Source of the DNA: Acidimicrobiaceae bacterium
GTDB lineage: Bacteria > Actinomycetota > Acidimicrobiia > Acidimicrobiales > RAAP-2
Direction: 5' to 3'
Assembly: GCA_003162475.1 (NCBI GenBank)
Contig: PMOI01000012.1
Coordinates: 30,380 to 94,379 of the forward strand
DNA: 64,000 bases
Shown here piece by piece: positions 23,303 to 33,500 of the stretch (position 1 is its first letter; every line of letters starts with the position of its first letter). The notes beneath the pieces were generated by a model. It worked only from the letters and a program-made list of their open reading frames with translations. It had not been told where the DNA came from and did no database searches. The position numbers and the translations under genes are program-made.

Positions 23303-24613
23303 ATGACGTCGACGGGCAAATCACGTGCCGTGATAGCCGGTCTGTGGGCTTTAGCCGTCCTGGGCACTCTCGCGCTTGCCTATGAGCGGTACCACAGCAA
23401 CGCGTGGGCCGTCCCAGGTGACTTCAGAAGTAGGGGCGATGATTTCTGGATCTTCTATCACGCGTCCCACTTGGTCGCTTCGGGGCTCAATCCCTACCAC
23501 TTCGGCTTTGGCACTCGTGGTGACGGCTACGTCTACTCACCCTTGATCGCCCTCGTGCTCTGGCCGTTCCTTCACCTGGGGATCTCCACCGTGTGGCACC
23601 TTTGGCTCATTGCTTCGATAGCTTCCCTGGTGCTCGCGGTGCTGCTCGTTATGAAGGCGGAAGGTCCCCTTGAGCGCGATTGGCGTCGACCAGTCCTGTT
23701 CGGCATCATGATTGGGTCGATACTCCGATTCATGCCGACAACAGTGAACTTCAATAACGGGAATACGGACGCGTTCGTTCTCGTCTTCTTAGCGGCGTCA
23801 GTGTTGGCTTCGGAACGTGGTCGCTCGGCCACGTCCGGTGCGCTGTTGGCCTTCGGGGGCATCGTGAAAACCTGGCCGTGGGCGGTAGCGCTGATCTTCC
23901 TTCGCCGAGACTTCCCGCGTCGGTGGCGAACACTTATTGCCTTTTTGCTTACTTCGCTCATCGCCCCGATTCTGGCGCTGATTCTCGGTGGACCGTCGGA
24001 ATTGGCGTCGTTGATCCGGGTCACCGTGAGCGCGAGCTCGCAACGACTCGTCAGCTGTTCAGTCTGGGGCGCACCGCAGGCTCTGTTCTCCAAGAGCGGG
24101 TTCGCTCAGCCACTGTTCGTATCGGCGCCACTACGGTGGATCACCACGTTGATTCTCGCCACGTGGGCGATAAGTATCCTCGTGCGATGCCTGCGCTGGA
24201 GCGACAGTACTCGTCTGAGTTTCTGGAACGTCGTCGGCTGCGTGCTGTTGTTGCTTCCCGTCTCACACGCTGACTACACGTTGCTCATCGTGCCAATCCT
24301 ATGGATCTGGGTCGCGCGAGCCTTGGCGTTGAACACGCCGCGATCGCCTACGACGTATTTCGCCGGAGCCATGTGCCTGTGGTGGGTTGTGTTGTTTCCG
24401 ACCTCGTTCTTCAACTGGCTGCCCTCGGCGTGGTCGGTGGACGTTGAGATCCCCTTCTTTGCCAATCTTCTCGCCGTGACCATTTCGGTCCTAGGAGATC
24501 ACTACGTTCATCGTGAATCGGTCGATTCGCCGTCGACAACTCCCGACATCGTTGGGAGGAAGCGGCTCTTCGGCTCGACTTCGCCCCGTCAGCCAGCAAC
24601 AACGGAGGCGTGA
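23303..24613 (+). CDS. GT87/DUF2029-like GT-C glycosyltransferase
   Basis: DFWIFY..A....G.NPY, YVYSP, NGNTD (GQ/GN motif), K.WP; multiple TMs. Start uncertain (23303, 23264 or 23093). Confidence 0.78.
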   Translation: MTSTGKSRAVIAGLWALAVLGTLALAYERYHSNAWAVPGDFRSRGDDFWIFYHASHLVASGLNPYHFGFGTRGDGYVYSPLIALVLWPFLHLGISTVWHLWLIASIASLVLAVLLVMKAEGPLERDWRRPVLFGIMIGSILRFMPTTVNFNNGNTDAFVLVFLAASVLASERGRSATSGALLAFGGIVKTWPWAVALIFLRRDFPRRWRTLIAFLLTSLIAPILALILGGPSELASLIRVTVSASSQRLVSCSVWGAPQALFSKSGFAQPLFVSAPLRWITTLILATWAISILVRCLRWSDSTRLSFWNVVGCVLLLLPVSHADYTLLIVPILWIWVARALALNTPRSPTTYFAGAMCLWWVVLFPTSFFNWLPSAWSVDVEIPFFANLLAVTISVLGDHYVHRESVDSPSTTPDIVGRKRLFGSTSPRQPATTEA

Positions 24614-24991
24614 CCACACAGCGGTAAGTGGTGGCCTCTTCCCGCGATAACACGGACGTGTCGAGGGGAATCTCCTCGCCTGATCCGGGATTCATGGAGT
24701 CGTAGCCTGCCCCCGAAGTCAGTCTGTCGCTCGTCCTCTGGGCCGTCGCCCTCGACGCGAACCCGTCGCCCCGGGACTGCTGTGCCTGGTCAGGCTGGGA
24801 CGAACAGGCACGCCGAGGCGGTCCCTCGTCGGCTCCGTGTCGTTGCGGCTCGGGTCGGACTTGTTGCTCGTGAGGGCGCGTCGCCGAAATTGAAGGATGC
24901 CCCGGACGTCCTTTTTGGCAATCCCGCTAGAATTGAGGGTGGCCTTCTGGTCTGACGTGCAAACCCCCTTGACGTAAAAATGGCGCTGTTT

Positions 24992-25019
24992 TTGCGTTTT
25001 TGAGAAAATCCGGTAGAAT
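24992..25019 (+). promoter_or_regulatory. Candidate sigma-70-type promoter for the infA-alpha operon
   Basis: TTGCGT-16 nt-TAGAAT in an AT-rich patch about 95 nt upstream of infA. Confidence 0.55.
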
Positions 25020-25112
25020 AGTAAGCCGACCTTGAGGCATGACTTTGAGGTCTACCCGCGTGGGCGTTGTGCTCTCGCGCGCCCTGTAGTGACGTATATA
25101 AGGAGAAGGAAC

Positions 25113-25337
25113 CTGAGTAAGCCAAAGGAAGACGCGTTCACCGTTGAGGGAACCGTCGTCGAGCCTCTACCCAACGCCATGTTTCGTGTCGAGCTCGAGA
25201 ATGGTTACACCGTTCTCGCTCACAGTTCGGGGAAAATGCGCATGCACCGCATCCGTATTCTTCCCGGCGACAAGGTGCAAGTTGAGATCACGCCCTACGA
25301 CATGACCCGCGGACGCATCACCTACCGCTACCGATAA
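25113..25337 (+). CDS. infA: Translation initiation factor IF-1, apparent CTG start
   Basis: [20 protein letters not shown]...GRITYRY; AGGAG SD 7 nt upstream of CTG. Confidence 0.95.
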   Translation: MSKPKEDAFTVEGTVVEPLPNAMFRVELENGYTVLAHSSGKMRMHRIRILPGDKVQVEITPYDMTRGRITYRYR

Positions 25338-25369
25338 CTCACGTTCTTCGACATCGAGAAAGTATATAA

Positions 25370-25486
25370 ATGAAAGTTCGCGCGAGCGTGAAACCCATCT
25401 GTGAGAAGTGCAAGGTCATTCGCCGGGCCGGGGTCGTTCGCGTGATCTGTGAAGCGAACCCGCGCCACAAGCAGCGTCAGGGTTAG
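25370..25486 (+). CDS. rpmJ: 50S ribosomal protein L36 (Zn-binding; absent from the ORF track)
   Basis: Translated by hand: [38 protein letters not shown]. Confidence 0.99.
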   Translation: MKVRASVKPICEKCKVIRRAGVVRVICEANPRHKQRQG

Positions 25487-25495
25487 GAGAAAACG

Positions 25496-25873
25496 ATGGC
25501 TCGTATTGCTGGTGTTGACATTCCGCGCGACAAGCGCACGGTGATCGCACTCACCTATATCTTTGGCGTTGGTTCCACCATCGCACAACAAATCTGCGCC
25601 ACGACGGGCATCAACGAGTCGACACGCGTGAAGGATCTCACCGAGAGTGAAGTCAATCAGCTGCGTACCTACATCGACCAGAACGTCACCGTCGAAGGTG
25701 ACCTTCGTCGCGACGTCGCTCAGGACATCAAGCGCAAGATGGAGATCAACTCCCTTCAGGGCATCCGCCACCGCAAGGGTCTGCCCGTTCGCGGTCAGCG
25801 CACTCGCACCAACGCCCGCACTCGCAAAGGACCTAAGCGCACCGTCGCCGGTAAGAAGAAGGTAACGAAGTAA
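25496..25873 (+). CDS. rpsM: 30S ribosomal protein S13
   Basis: [21 protein letters not shown]. Confidence 0.99.
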   Translation: MARIAGVDIPRDKRTVIALTYIFGVGSTIAQQICATTGINESTRVKDLTESEVNQLRTYIDQNVTVEGDLRRDVAQDIKRKMEINSLQGIRHRKGLPVRGQRTRTNARTRKGPKRTVAGKKKVTK

Positions 25874-26268
25874 TGGCTAAGCCAACCGCTGTTCGCAAGA
25901 CCCGCAAGAAGGAACGAAAGAACGTCGCCTTCGGCGTCGCGCACATCAAGAGCTCGTTCAACAACACGATCGTCTCCATCACCGATCCCGAGGGCAACGT
26001 CTTGGCGTGGGCTTCGTCGGGTCAGGTTGGTTTCAAGGGGTCGCGTAAGTCAACGCCGTACGCCGCGCAGTTGGCCGCCGAGAAGTGCGCCCGCGCCGCG
26101 ATGGAACACGGCGTGAAGAAGGTCGACGTGTTGGTGCGCGGTCCCGGCTCGGGTCGTGAGACCGCGATTCGCTCGATCGCCGCCGCCGGCATCGAAGTCG
26201 TGGCGATCAAAGACGTCACCCCACTGCCGCACAACGGATGTCGCCCCAAAAAGCGGCGTCGAGGTTAA
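25873..26268 (+). CDS. rpsK: 30S ribosomal protein S11
   Basis: [23 protein letters not shown]. Confidence 0.99.
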   Translation: MAKPTAVRKTRKKERKNVAFGVAHIKSSFNNTIVSITDPEGNVLAWASSGQVGFKGSRKSTPYAAQLAAEKCARAAMEHGVKKVDVLVRGPGSGRETAIRSIAAAGIEVVAIKDVTPLPHNGCRPKKRRRG

Positions 26269-26277
26269 GGAATAGTT

Positions 26278-26922
26278 ATGGCTCGTTACACCGGACCCGT
26301 TTGTCGACTCTGTCGACGTGAGCGCACCAAGCTCTACCTAAAGGGTGAGCGCTGCTTTACCTTGAAGTGCCCCGTCGCCGAGAACTCGGACCGTCGCGTG
26401 CGCGCCTTTCCGCCCGGCATGCACGGTCGCGACCGTCAACGCCAGGGTTCGGAGTACTTGACCCAGTTACGCGAGAAGCAGAAGGCTCGTCGCATCTACG
26501 GCATCTTGGAAAAGCAGTTCCGTAACCTCTACGAAGAGGCGAACCGTCGCCCCGGCATGACCGGTGTGAACTTGCTGCAGTTCCTCGAGACCCGCCTCGA
26601 CAACGTGACGTACCGCGCTGGATGGGGCGCGTCGCGCGCCCAGGCCCGCCAGCTCGTTCGCCACGGCCACGTCAGCATCGACGGCAAGCGCGTGGACATT
26701 CCTTCGTACCGGGTTCGTCCCGGTGAAGTCGTGACGTTGAAGGTCGCCACCCGCGAGAACTTCAACGTGAAGCGCAACCTCGACGTGCTGGACCGCAGCG
26801 TGCCCGGCTGGCTCGAAAAGGGCGAAAATGGCTTTAGCGTCACCGTGCGCGTCGTACCCCAGCGCGAGCAGATCGACGAGTCGATCCAAGAGCAACTCAT
26901 CGTCGAGTTGTACTCCAAGTAA
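26278..26922 (+). CDS. rpsD: 30S ribosomal protein S4 (four-Cys N-terminus)
   Basis: MARYTGPVCRLCRR, LREKQK, LETRLDN, IVELYSK. Confidence 0.99.
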   Translation: MARYTGPVCRLCRRERTKLYLKGERCFTLKCPVAENSDRRVRAFPPGMHGRDRQRQGSEYLTQLREKQKARRIYGILEKQFRNLYEEANRRPGMTGVNLLQFLETRLDNVTYRAGWGASRAQARQLVRHGHVSIDGKRVDIPSYRVRPGEVVTLKVATRENFNVKRNLDVLDRSVPGWLEKGENGFSVTVRVVPQREQIDESIQEQLIVELYSK

Positions 26923-26952
26923 CCGTTCTTTTTAAATACCCTAGGAGTCCCT

Positions 26953-27894
26953 ATGTTGATTATCCAACGACCTACCATCGAAGCCCTCGGCGACGAAGTC
27001 AATAACCGTCAGTCCTTCGGCATTGGCCCACTCGACCCCGGCTTTGGCCACACGCTCGGCAACTCGCTGCGTCGCACCTTGTTGTCGTCGATTCCCGGTG
27101 CCGCCGCCACGCGCGTAAAGTTCGACGCCGTGTTGCACGAGTTCGGTGTCATCGAAGGCGTCAAGGAAGACGTCCAAGACATCACCTTGAACCTGAAGGA
27201 CCTGCTCATTCGCGTGCACTCCGACGAGCCCGTGACGCTTCGCCTTGACAAGCGCGGCGAGGGTCAGGTCATCGCGTCCGACCTGTCCACGACGGCCGAC
27301 GTCGAGATCTTGAACGGCGACCTGCACCTCGCGTACCTGACGACACCCAAGAGTGCCCTCACCTTCGAGCTCACCGTCGAGCGCGGCAAGGGCTACGTGG
27401 GTGCCGAAGGCAACAAGGGTTCGTCGACCATTGGCGTGATCCCCCTCGACGCGATCTTCTCACCCGTTCGTCGCGTGAGTTTCGAGATCGAGCCCGTCCG
27501 TGTCGAGCAGAGCAAGGACTTCGACCGCCTCGTCCTCGACATCGAGACCGACGGATCGATCTCACCTCGTGAAGCGCTGGCCTCGGCCGGCAAGACACTC
27601 GGCTCACTCGTTGAGCTGATCGCCAGCTTCGACGAAGAGGCACCCTCGCTCGAGCTCGGTGACGTGGGCAGCGCCCAGGCCGCCGCGAGTGAACTCGACA
27701 TCCGCATCGAAGAGCTCGGTCTCACCGAGCGTTCGCGCAACTGCTTGAAGCGCGCGGGCATCAACACGATCGCCCAGCTCGTCAACGCCACCGAGCGCGA
27801 CCTCACGTCGATCACCAACTTCGGCGCGACGTCGCTGAAGGACGTGAACGACCGTCTCGAAGAGCGCGGTCTTTCACTTCGAGTAGAGGACTAA
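26953..27894 (+). CDS. rpoA: RNA polymerase alpha subunit
   Basis: PGFGHTLGNSLRRTLLSS; CTD NCLKRAGI...NFG. Confidence 0.99.
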   Translation: MLIIQRPTIEALGDEVNNRQSFGIGPLDPGFGHTLGNSLRRTLLSSIPGAAATRVKFDAVLHEFGVIEGVKEDVQDITLNLKDLLIRVHSDEPVTLRLDKRGEGQVIASDLSTTADVEILNGDLHLAYLTTPKSALTFELTVERGKGYVGAEGNKGSSTIGVIPLDAIFSPVRRVSFEIEPVRVEQSKDFDRLVLDIETDGSISPREALASAGKTLGSLVELIASFDEEAPSLELGDVGSAQAAASELDIRIEELGLTERSRNCLKRAGINTIAQLVNATERDLTSITNFGATSLKDVNDRLEERGLSLRVED

Positions 27895-27896
27895 GC

Positions 27897-28259
27897 ATGC
27901 GCGGTACTCCAACCAAAGGCAAGCGCTTCGGTGGTAACTCGGCGCACCAGAAGGCGATGATGGGCAACCTCGTCGCCTCGATGATCGCCGCGGAGTCCAT
28001 CGTCACGACCGAGGCCAAGGCCAAGGCACTTCGTCCGATCGTCGAAAAAGTCGTCACCGCCGCGAAGAACTCACCGGAGGGATCGGTCCACGCGCACCGT
28101 CGCGTCGTCGCGTTCATTCGCGACAAGGACATGACGCACAAGTTGTTCACCGAGATCGCGCCGCGCTACACGGACCGTCCCGGTGGCTACACGCGCATCT
28201 TGAAGCTCGGGCCGCGTCAGGGCGATAACGCCCCGATGGCGCGCATTGAATTCGTCTGA
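27897..28259 (+). CDS. rplQ: 50S ribosomal protein L17
   Basis: TTEAKAK, RPGGYTRI, MARIEFV. Confidence 0.99.
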   Translation: MRGTPTKGKRFGGNSAHQKAMMGNLVASMIAAESIVTTEAKAKALRPIVEKVVTAAKNSPEGSVHAHRRVVAFIRDKDMTHKLFTEIAPRYTDRPGGYTRILKLGPRQGDNAPMARIEFV

Positions 28260-29082
28260 TCCACCAGGCGCCACGCAACGCTGGCGCCTCGACCTGGCCT
28301 ACGACGGCCAGGCCTTTAGTGGCTTCGCGTACCAACCTCAACACGACACGGTCGTGGGGCTCCTTCGCGCCATCCTTGCTAAGACGCTTCGCCTCGAGCA
28401 CGAACCACTGATCGTGGGCGCTGGTCGCACCGACGCCGGCGTGCACGCTTTCAACCAGGTCGTCCACGTCGACCTCCCGGTCGTGACGAAGGTTCGCTCG
28501 CTCGAGAGCGAGCGCCTCATGACGTCGCTGAACAAACAACTTCGCGGTCGCGTGCAGATTCTGAGGGCCGAACCCGTTGAGAATGACTTCCACGCGCGCT
28601 TTTCGGCGACGTGGCGTGAGTATCGCTACCTGGTTCTCGAGTCGAAGCCACCCGGACTCGAGTCCACGAACGCCTGGGCTTGGTCCGTGGCCGGACCGCT
28701 CGACCTTCGCGCCATGAATCGAGTCGCGAAGGATGTGTTGGGCACGCACGATTTTCGAGCATTTTGCCGTCGACCGACCAATTCGAGCGCGGACGAGCCG
28801 CTTCTTCGAAGGGTATTGATAGCCCATTGGGAGCGATTGGAGGACGAGTGGGTGATGAGTCCGCGTCACGCGCCCGTGGTGCGCCTCACGATTCGCGCCC
28901 AGTCCTTCTGTCACAACATGGTGCGGTGCCTGGTCTCGACGATGGTCGCCGTTGGTCAGGGTGACCTGGACGTGGGCATCGTGCGCGAACGTCTCGAGAG
29001 CTTGAGCCGGTACCAACTCCCACAGGCGGCGCCGGCTGGCGGGCTCGCGCTCGTCGGTGTTGGCTACCCCGACTCGAAGTGA
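28246..29082 (+). CDS. truA: tRNA pseudouridine(38-40) synthase
   Basis: LAYDG, AGRTDAGVHA, FHARFSA, SFCHNMVR; TTG start uncertain. Confidence 0.97.
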   Translation: MNSSDPPGATQRWRLDLAYDGQAFSGFAYQPQHDTVVGLLRAILAKTLRLEHEPLIVGAGRTDAGVHAFNQVVHVDLPVVTKVRSLESERLMTSLNKQLRGRVQILRAEPVENDFHARFSATWREYRYLVLESKPPGLESTNAWAWSVAGPLDLRAMNRVAKDVLGTHDFRAFCRRPTNSSADEPLLRRVLIAHWERLEDEWVMSPRHAPVVRLTIRAQSFCHNMVRCLVSTMVAVGQGDLDVGIVRERLESLSRYQLPQAAPAGGLALVGVGYPDSK

Positions 29083-29307
29083 TGGCCTAGTTCGCGTCTC
29101 GAACAAGAGCGAGCACGCTCGCGCGTATGGTGTGTGGCGAATCTCACGATCGATTTGTTACTCGACACCTACTCGTTGTGCGTGGCGTCGCTAACGCCCT
29201 AACATCGCCACACGGAGCCGTTAGGGAAGGTGCTCAGTGCTAGTCGACCAGATATCCACGCCCAAGCGGACCGATAATGTCGGGCGACGTTCGATGAGTG
29301 CTCTCGC

Positions 29308-30465
29308 GTGAGTGAACTGCTGTTCGTTCTGGGTGCAATCGTTTGCGTCATTGTCGGCGCCAACATACTGTTCGCTCTCGTTCTCCCACGTCGACCACGT
29401 GGCTTTGAGCGGATCTCACTCAAAGTAAATTCAATGGTTCGCCTCGCGTTCATTGGACTGTCCCAATTGGCTCGCCGCTACGAAGCGAAGGACGCCATCA
29501 TGGCTCCGACGGGGCCGGTCTGTATCGTGGCCCAACTGGTCACGTGGGCCGGGGGCTTCATCGTTGGCTTCGCGTTGATGTTGTACTCGACGACGCACGG
29601 CCTCGCGAACGCGTTGCTCCAAGCGACGACGAGTCTATTCACGGTGGGAGCGATTCACTTGGGAGGCCCGACGAACGTCGCCCTCGACATCACGGCTGGC
29701 GCGACGTGGGTCGTGGTCGTGACGTTGCAGATCGCGTATCTGCCGAGTCTCTACGCTTCCTTCAATCGACGCGAAGGCTTGGTGGCTCTGCTCGAAAGTA
29801 GGTCGGGTGTCCCGGCGTGGGGCCCAGAGATCTTGATGCGACACCAGATCGTCGGCATCACCGACACCTTGCCCGACTTCTACGCCACGTGGGAGGAGTG
29901 GTCAGCGGATCTGGCCGAAAGTCACACGACGTACCCGGTCCTCCTCCTCTTTCGTTCTCCCGAGCCGTGGTACTCGTGGCTCGTGGGACTGCTCTCGGTA
30001 CTCGACGCCGCGGCCATGCATCTTTCGCTAGCGCCGAATCGAGCGTCGTCACAGGCCCGACTCTGTCTTCGCATGGGCTTCACCGCACTTAATCGCATCG
30101 CCGTGACGCTCGGCTGGGACGTTGAATCCGACCCCGATCCTGCAGGCCCGATTGAGCTGACCTACGCGGAGTTCGAGGAGGCCGTAGGCATGATGCGAGA
30201 GACCGGGTTTGAAATGGAACGAAGTGCCGAGGAGGCGTGGCCCGACTTCGTTGGTTGGCGCGTGAACTACGAGAAAGTTGCGTACCGATTGGCGGCGCGC
30301 ATCGTCGCGCCTCCGGCGCCGTGGTCGGGACAACGTCCGCATTTGCGACTGGCCACTGAGGCTCCCCACCGGCCACCGCAACGAACGCCGAGAGGTTTCT
30401 CTTCGGGTTCACCAAGCACTCGCTCGCTTCCCCTGAGTGGTGACGACGCATCGCCAACGAACTGA
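29308..30465 (+). CDS. Membrane protein with TM-pore-TM (ion-channel-like) N-terminus and large cytoplasmic domain
   Basis: Hydrophobic helices flank TTSLFTVG; IAYLPSLYASFNRRE follows, resembling proteins annotated as potassium-channel family. Confidence 0.6.
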   Translation: MSELLFVLGAIVCVIVGANILFALVLPRRPRGFERISLKVNSMVRLAFIGLSQLARRYEAKDAIMAPTGPVCIVAQLVTWAGGFIVGFALMLYSTTHGLANALLQATTSLFTVGAIHLGGPTNVALDITAGATWVVVVTLQIAYLPSLYASFNRREGLVALLESRSGVPAWGPEILMRHQIVGITDTLPDFYATWEEWSADLAESHTTYPVLLLFRSPEPWYSWLVGLLSVLDAAAMHLSLAPNRASSQARLCLRMGFTALNRIAVTLGWDVESDPDPAGPIELTYAEFEEAVGMMRETGFEMERSAEEAWPDFVGWRVNYEKVAYRLAARIVAPPAPWSGQRPHLRLATEAPHRPPQRTPRGFSSGSPSTRSLPLSGDDASPTN

Positions 30466-30598
30466 TTCTTGAGGAGTCGGCGATCTTTTCGAGTCGGATA
30501 ATCGGCGACAACAGTCGATCGGGACCCGACACCGACTAACTGTTGCTGACTGACGGCGCTTCAAACTATTAAGGGTGACGTCAGTGGAGATCGCCAGA

Positions 30599-33500
30599 CT
30601 ACGAAATCAGACTTTCCCACTCACTGCGTCCGCGCGTCAACAAGGCCGCCAGTTGGTCACTCGGCACGGGGCGCGAAAAGAGGAAGCCTTGACCAAGTTC
30701 GCAACCTAGGAGTCGCAGGCGCGCCAGTTGTGCCGGAGTCTCGATTCCTTCGGCGAGCATCGTGATGTCAAGTTTGTCACCCAACGTAATGATCGTCTCG
30801 AGGAGTGCGTCGTAGCGAAGACTTTCGTTTGAGGGTCGAACAAACGATTGATCGATCTTGATGACTCGTGGATGCAGCTCCGCAAGGTACGAAAGCGACG
30901 AGTAGCCGGTGCCAAAGTCGTCCAACGCGAAACTCACTCCATGTTCTTGGAGACGACGAATCACGTTCGTCGCCTCGCTCGCGTCGCGCAACAGGGCACT
31001 CTCAGTGATTTCGATAACGAGTCGCTCAGGCTCAATGCCGCTCGTCGTGAGCACGTCTTCGATCATCGAGACCATCTTGGGTTCATGGAACTGGTGCGCC
31101 GAGAGGTTGACCGTGACGTACGGTCGATGGCCAAGCGATCCGGTTGGTCCCCACGAGCTCGCCGCGGCGACTGCTTCGCGCAGTGCAAAGACGCCGAGTT
31201 CCAAAATGAGTCCACTCTGCTCAGCAAGAGGAATGAACACGCTCGGCGGCACCCACCCGCGATCGGGGTGCTGCCATCGCATCAGCGCTTCAAAGCCGAC
31301 GATCTCATTGGCTGCGAGGTCGATGATCGGCTGGTAGTGCATTGACAGTTCTCCGAACTGCAGCGCGAGGTGCAGGTCTTGCACGAGCGCAAATCTACTG
31401 ATCGCCTTTTGGTGCATATTGCGAGTGAAGATGGAGTATCGGCCCTTGCCCTGACGTTTGGCCTCGTAGAGCGCGACGTCGGCGTCGCGAGTGATCTCTT
31501 CGGGATCCGACCTCGATCCGTCCCAAACCACGACGCCAATACTCACGTGTTGCTCCACGTGCACACCCGACACCACGAAGGGTTCGGCAAAGACGTTTAG
31601 AAGACGTTTTGCAATCGTGGGAGCCTCTCCCGGCGACGTGAGGTCCTCCACTAAGTAGTGGAACTCATCGCCCCCAAAGCGACCGAGGGTCTCAGAGGGA
31701 CCAAGGGATTCTTGGAAGCGACGTGTAATCGCGACGAGCAATTGGTCGCCTACCACGTGACCGTGAACGTCGTTTATCCCCTTAAAGTCGTCGAGGTCGA
31801 GCAAGAACACCGCACCCAAACCGCCTTGACGTGACGCCTTCGCGTGGGCCTGCGCGAGCCGATCTTCGAAGAGCACTCGATTGGCGAGGTCCGTCAAGGG
31901 ATCGTGCAACGCCTGGTGCGAGAGCTGTTCGATGAGTGCGCGCTCCTCGGTGATGTCGCGTCCAGAAATGACGTAATAGAGGATCTCCCCGGATTCGTCA
32001 CGAGCGGCGGACTTCGAGACTTCGGCGATGACGATTCGACCGTCCTTGCGCAGAAACCGCTTTACGTAGCGGTCAGGACCGGGGGCGCCTCGCACGAGGC
32101 GACGCTGAAGCTCTTCGCTAACGTCGCGGTCGTCGGGATATGTGAAGGGATTCGATTCTTCACTACGTAGTTCATCGCTCGATAAACCAGTCATTTGACA
32201 GAAAGCCTCATTGGCCGCGAACACTCGATCCGCGAGATCTACGAAGAGCATGGGGGCCAGGTTCTGCTCAAAGGCGATTCGAAAGCGCTGCTCGGACTCT
32301 CGTAGAAGAGTCTCCTTCTCTAAGAGTTGAGCGGCGTCACGAAGTCGCCCGATTCCGTAGGCCAGATCGTTGGCAAGTTCCCCTAGCAACGCGACTTCGT
32401 CCGGGCCAAAGGCGCCGGGCTCGCCCGCGTAGATCGTGAGCGAGCCGACCGTCTCGGCGCCGACGACCAGTTGAAACGAGCACCCGGTTCGTAGTCCGTA
32501 CTTCTCAGCGGGTGCCTGCCACGCGGCGAGATGGTTCGCTTCGCGCAGGTCGGTGAGCACTTGGACGGTGCCGGTTCGAATAGCCAGTCCCGTCGGACCT
32601 TGACCGAACTCGTCGTCACCCCAACTCACTCGAACTTCGTCGAGATACTCCGTGCGGCCGGCGGCGACGACGGGACGCACCGTTTTTGCTTCATCGTGTT
32701 CCGCGTAGCCAACCCAGGCCAGTAAGTACGCGCCGGAGGCGACAATGGTTTGGCAGATGTCTGAAAGCAATTGCACTTCATCGGTGGCGCGAACCAAGAC
32801 TTGATTGCCTTCGGTCAATGTCTGTAACGCGCGACTCAGATTCGTTCGATCCGTCACGTCGCGTGCGTTCACGACGATCCCCTGGATCGCCGGTTCATTC
32901 AGACAGTTTGTAAGGACGATCTCTAAGAAGCGCCATCCACCCGTGACCGTTGCGTAGCGATAGACAACCGGCCGACTCGTGCCGCCTTGTTGGACGACGC
33001 TGACAAAAGTCTTACGGGCCGCGTCCAGGTCGTCGGGATGGATGAATTCAAGGCCGCTCCTGCCGAGTCGATCTTGTGGGCCGTAGCCCGAGAACCTCTC
33101 ATTGTTTGGGCTGACGAAGATCGTCCTCGCCTCGTCGTCGAGGACGGCGATCAAGTCGTTGGAGTTGGCCGCGAGCGTCCGGTACCACTCTTCGCGCGCC
33201 TCCAGCTGTGTCACGTACGCCCGTCGCTCGGAGACGTCGCGGCCGTTCACGATGATCCCGTCCACGTCGTCGTTGTCGAGACAGTTCGTCAAAATAATCT
33301 CGAGATCACGGATCTCACCATCGTCGGTCACGACTCTCACCGAATCGCTCACGGACGCCCCGGGTTTTCGAGCCAGTTCGAAGAAGGCACGCGTCACGCG
33401 CTTCGTGTCGTCAGGGTGGAGATATTTGAACGCTCGCGTACCGATGCTCTGCTCGAGCGAGATTCTGAACGTTTCAAGGGCAACGGGGTTGGCGTAGACG

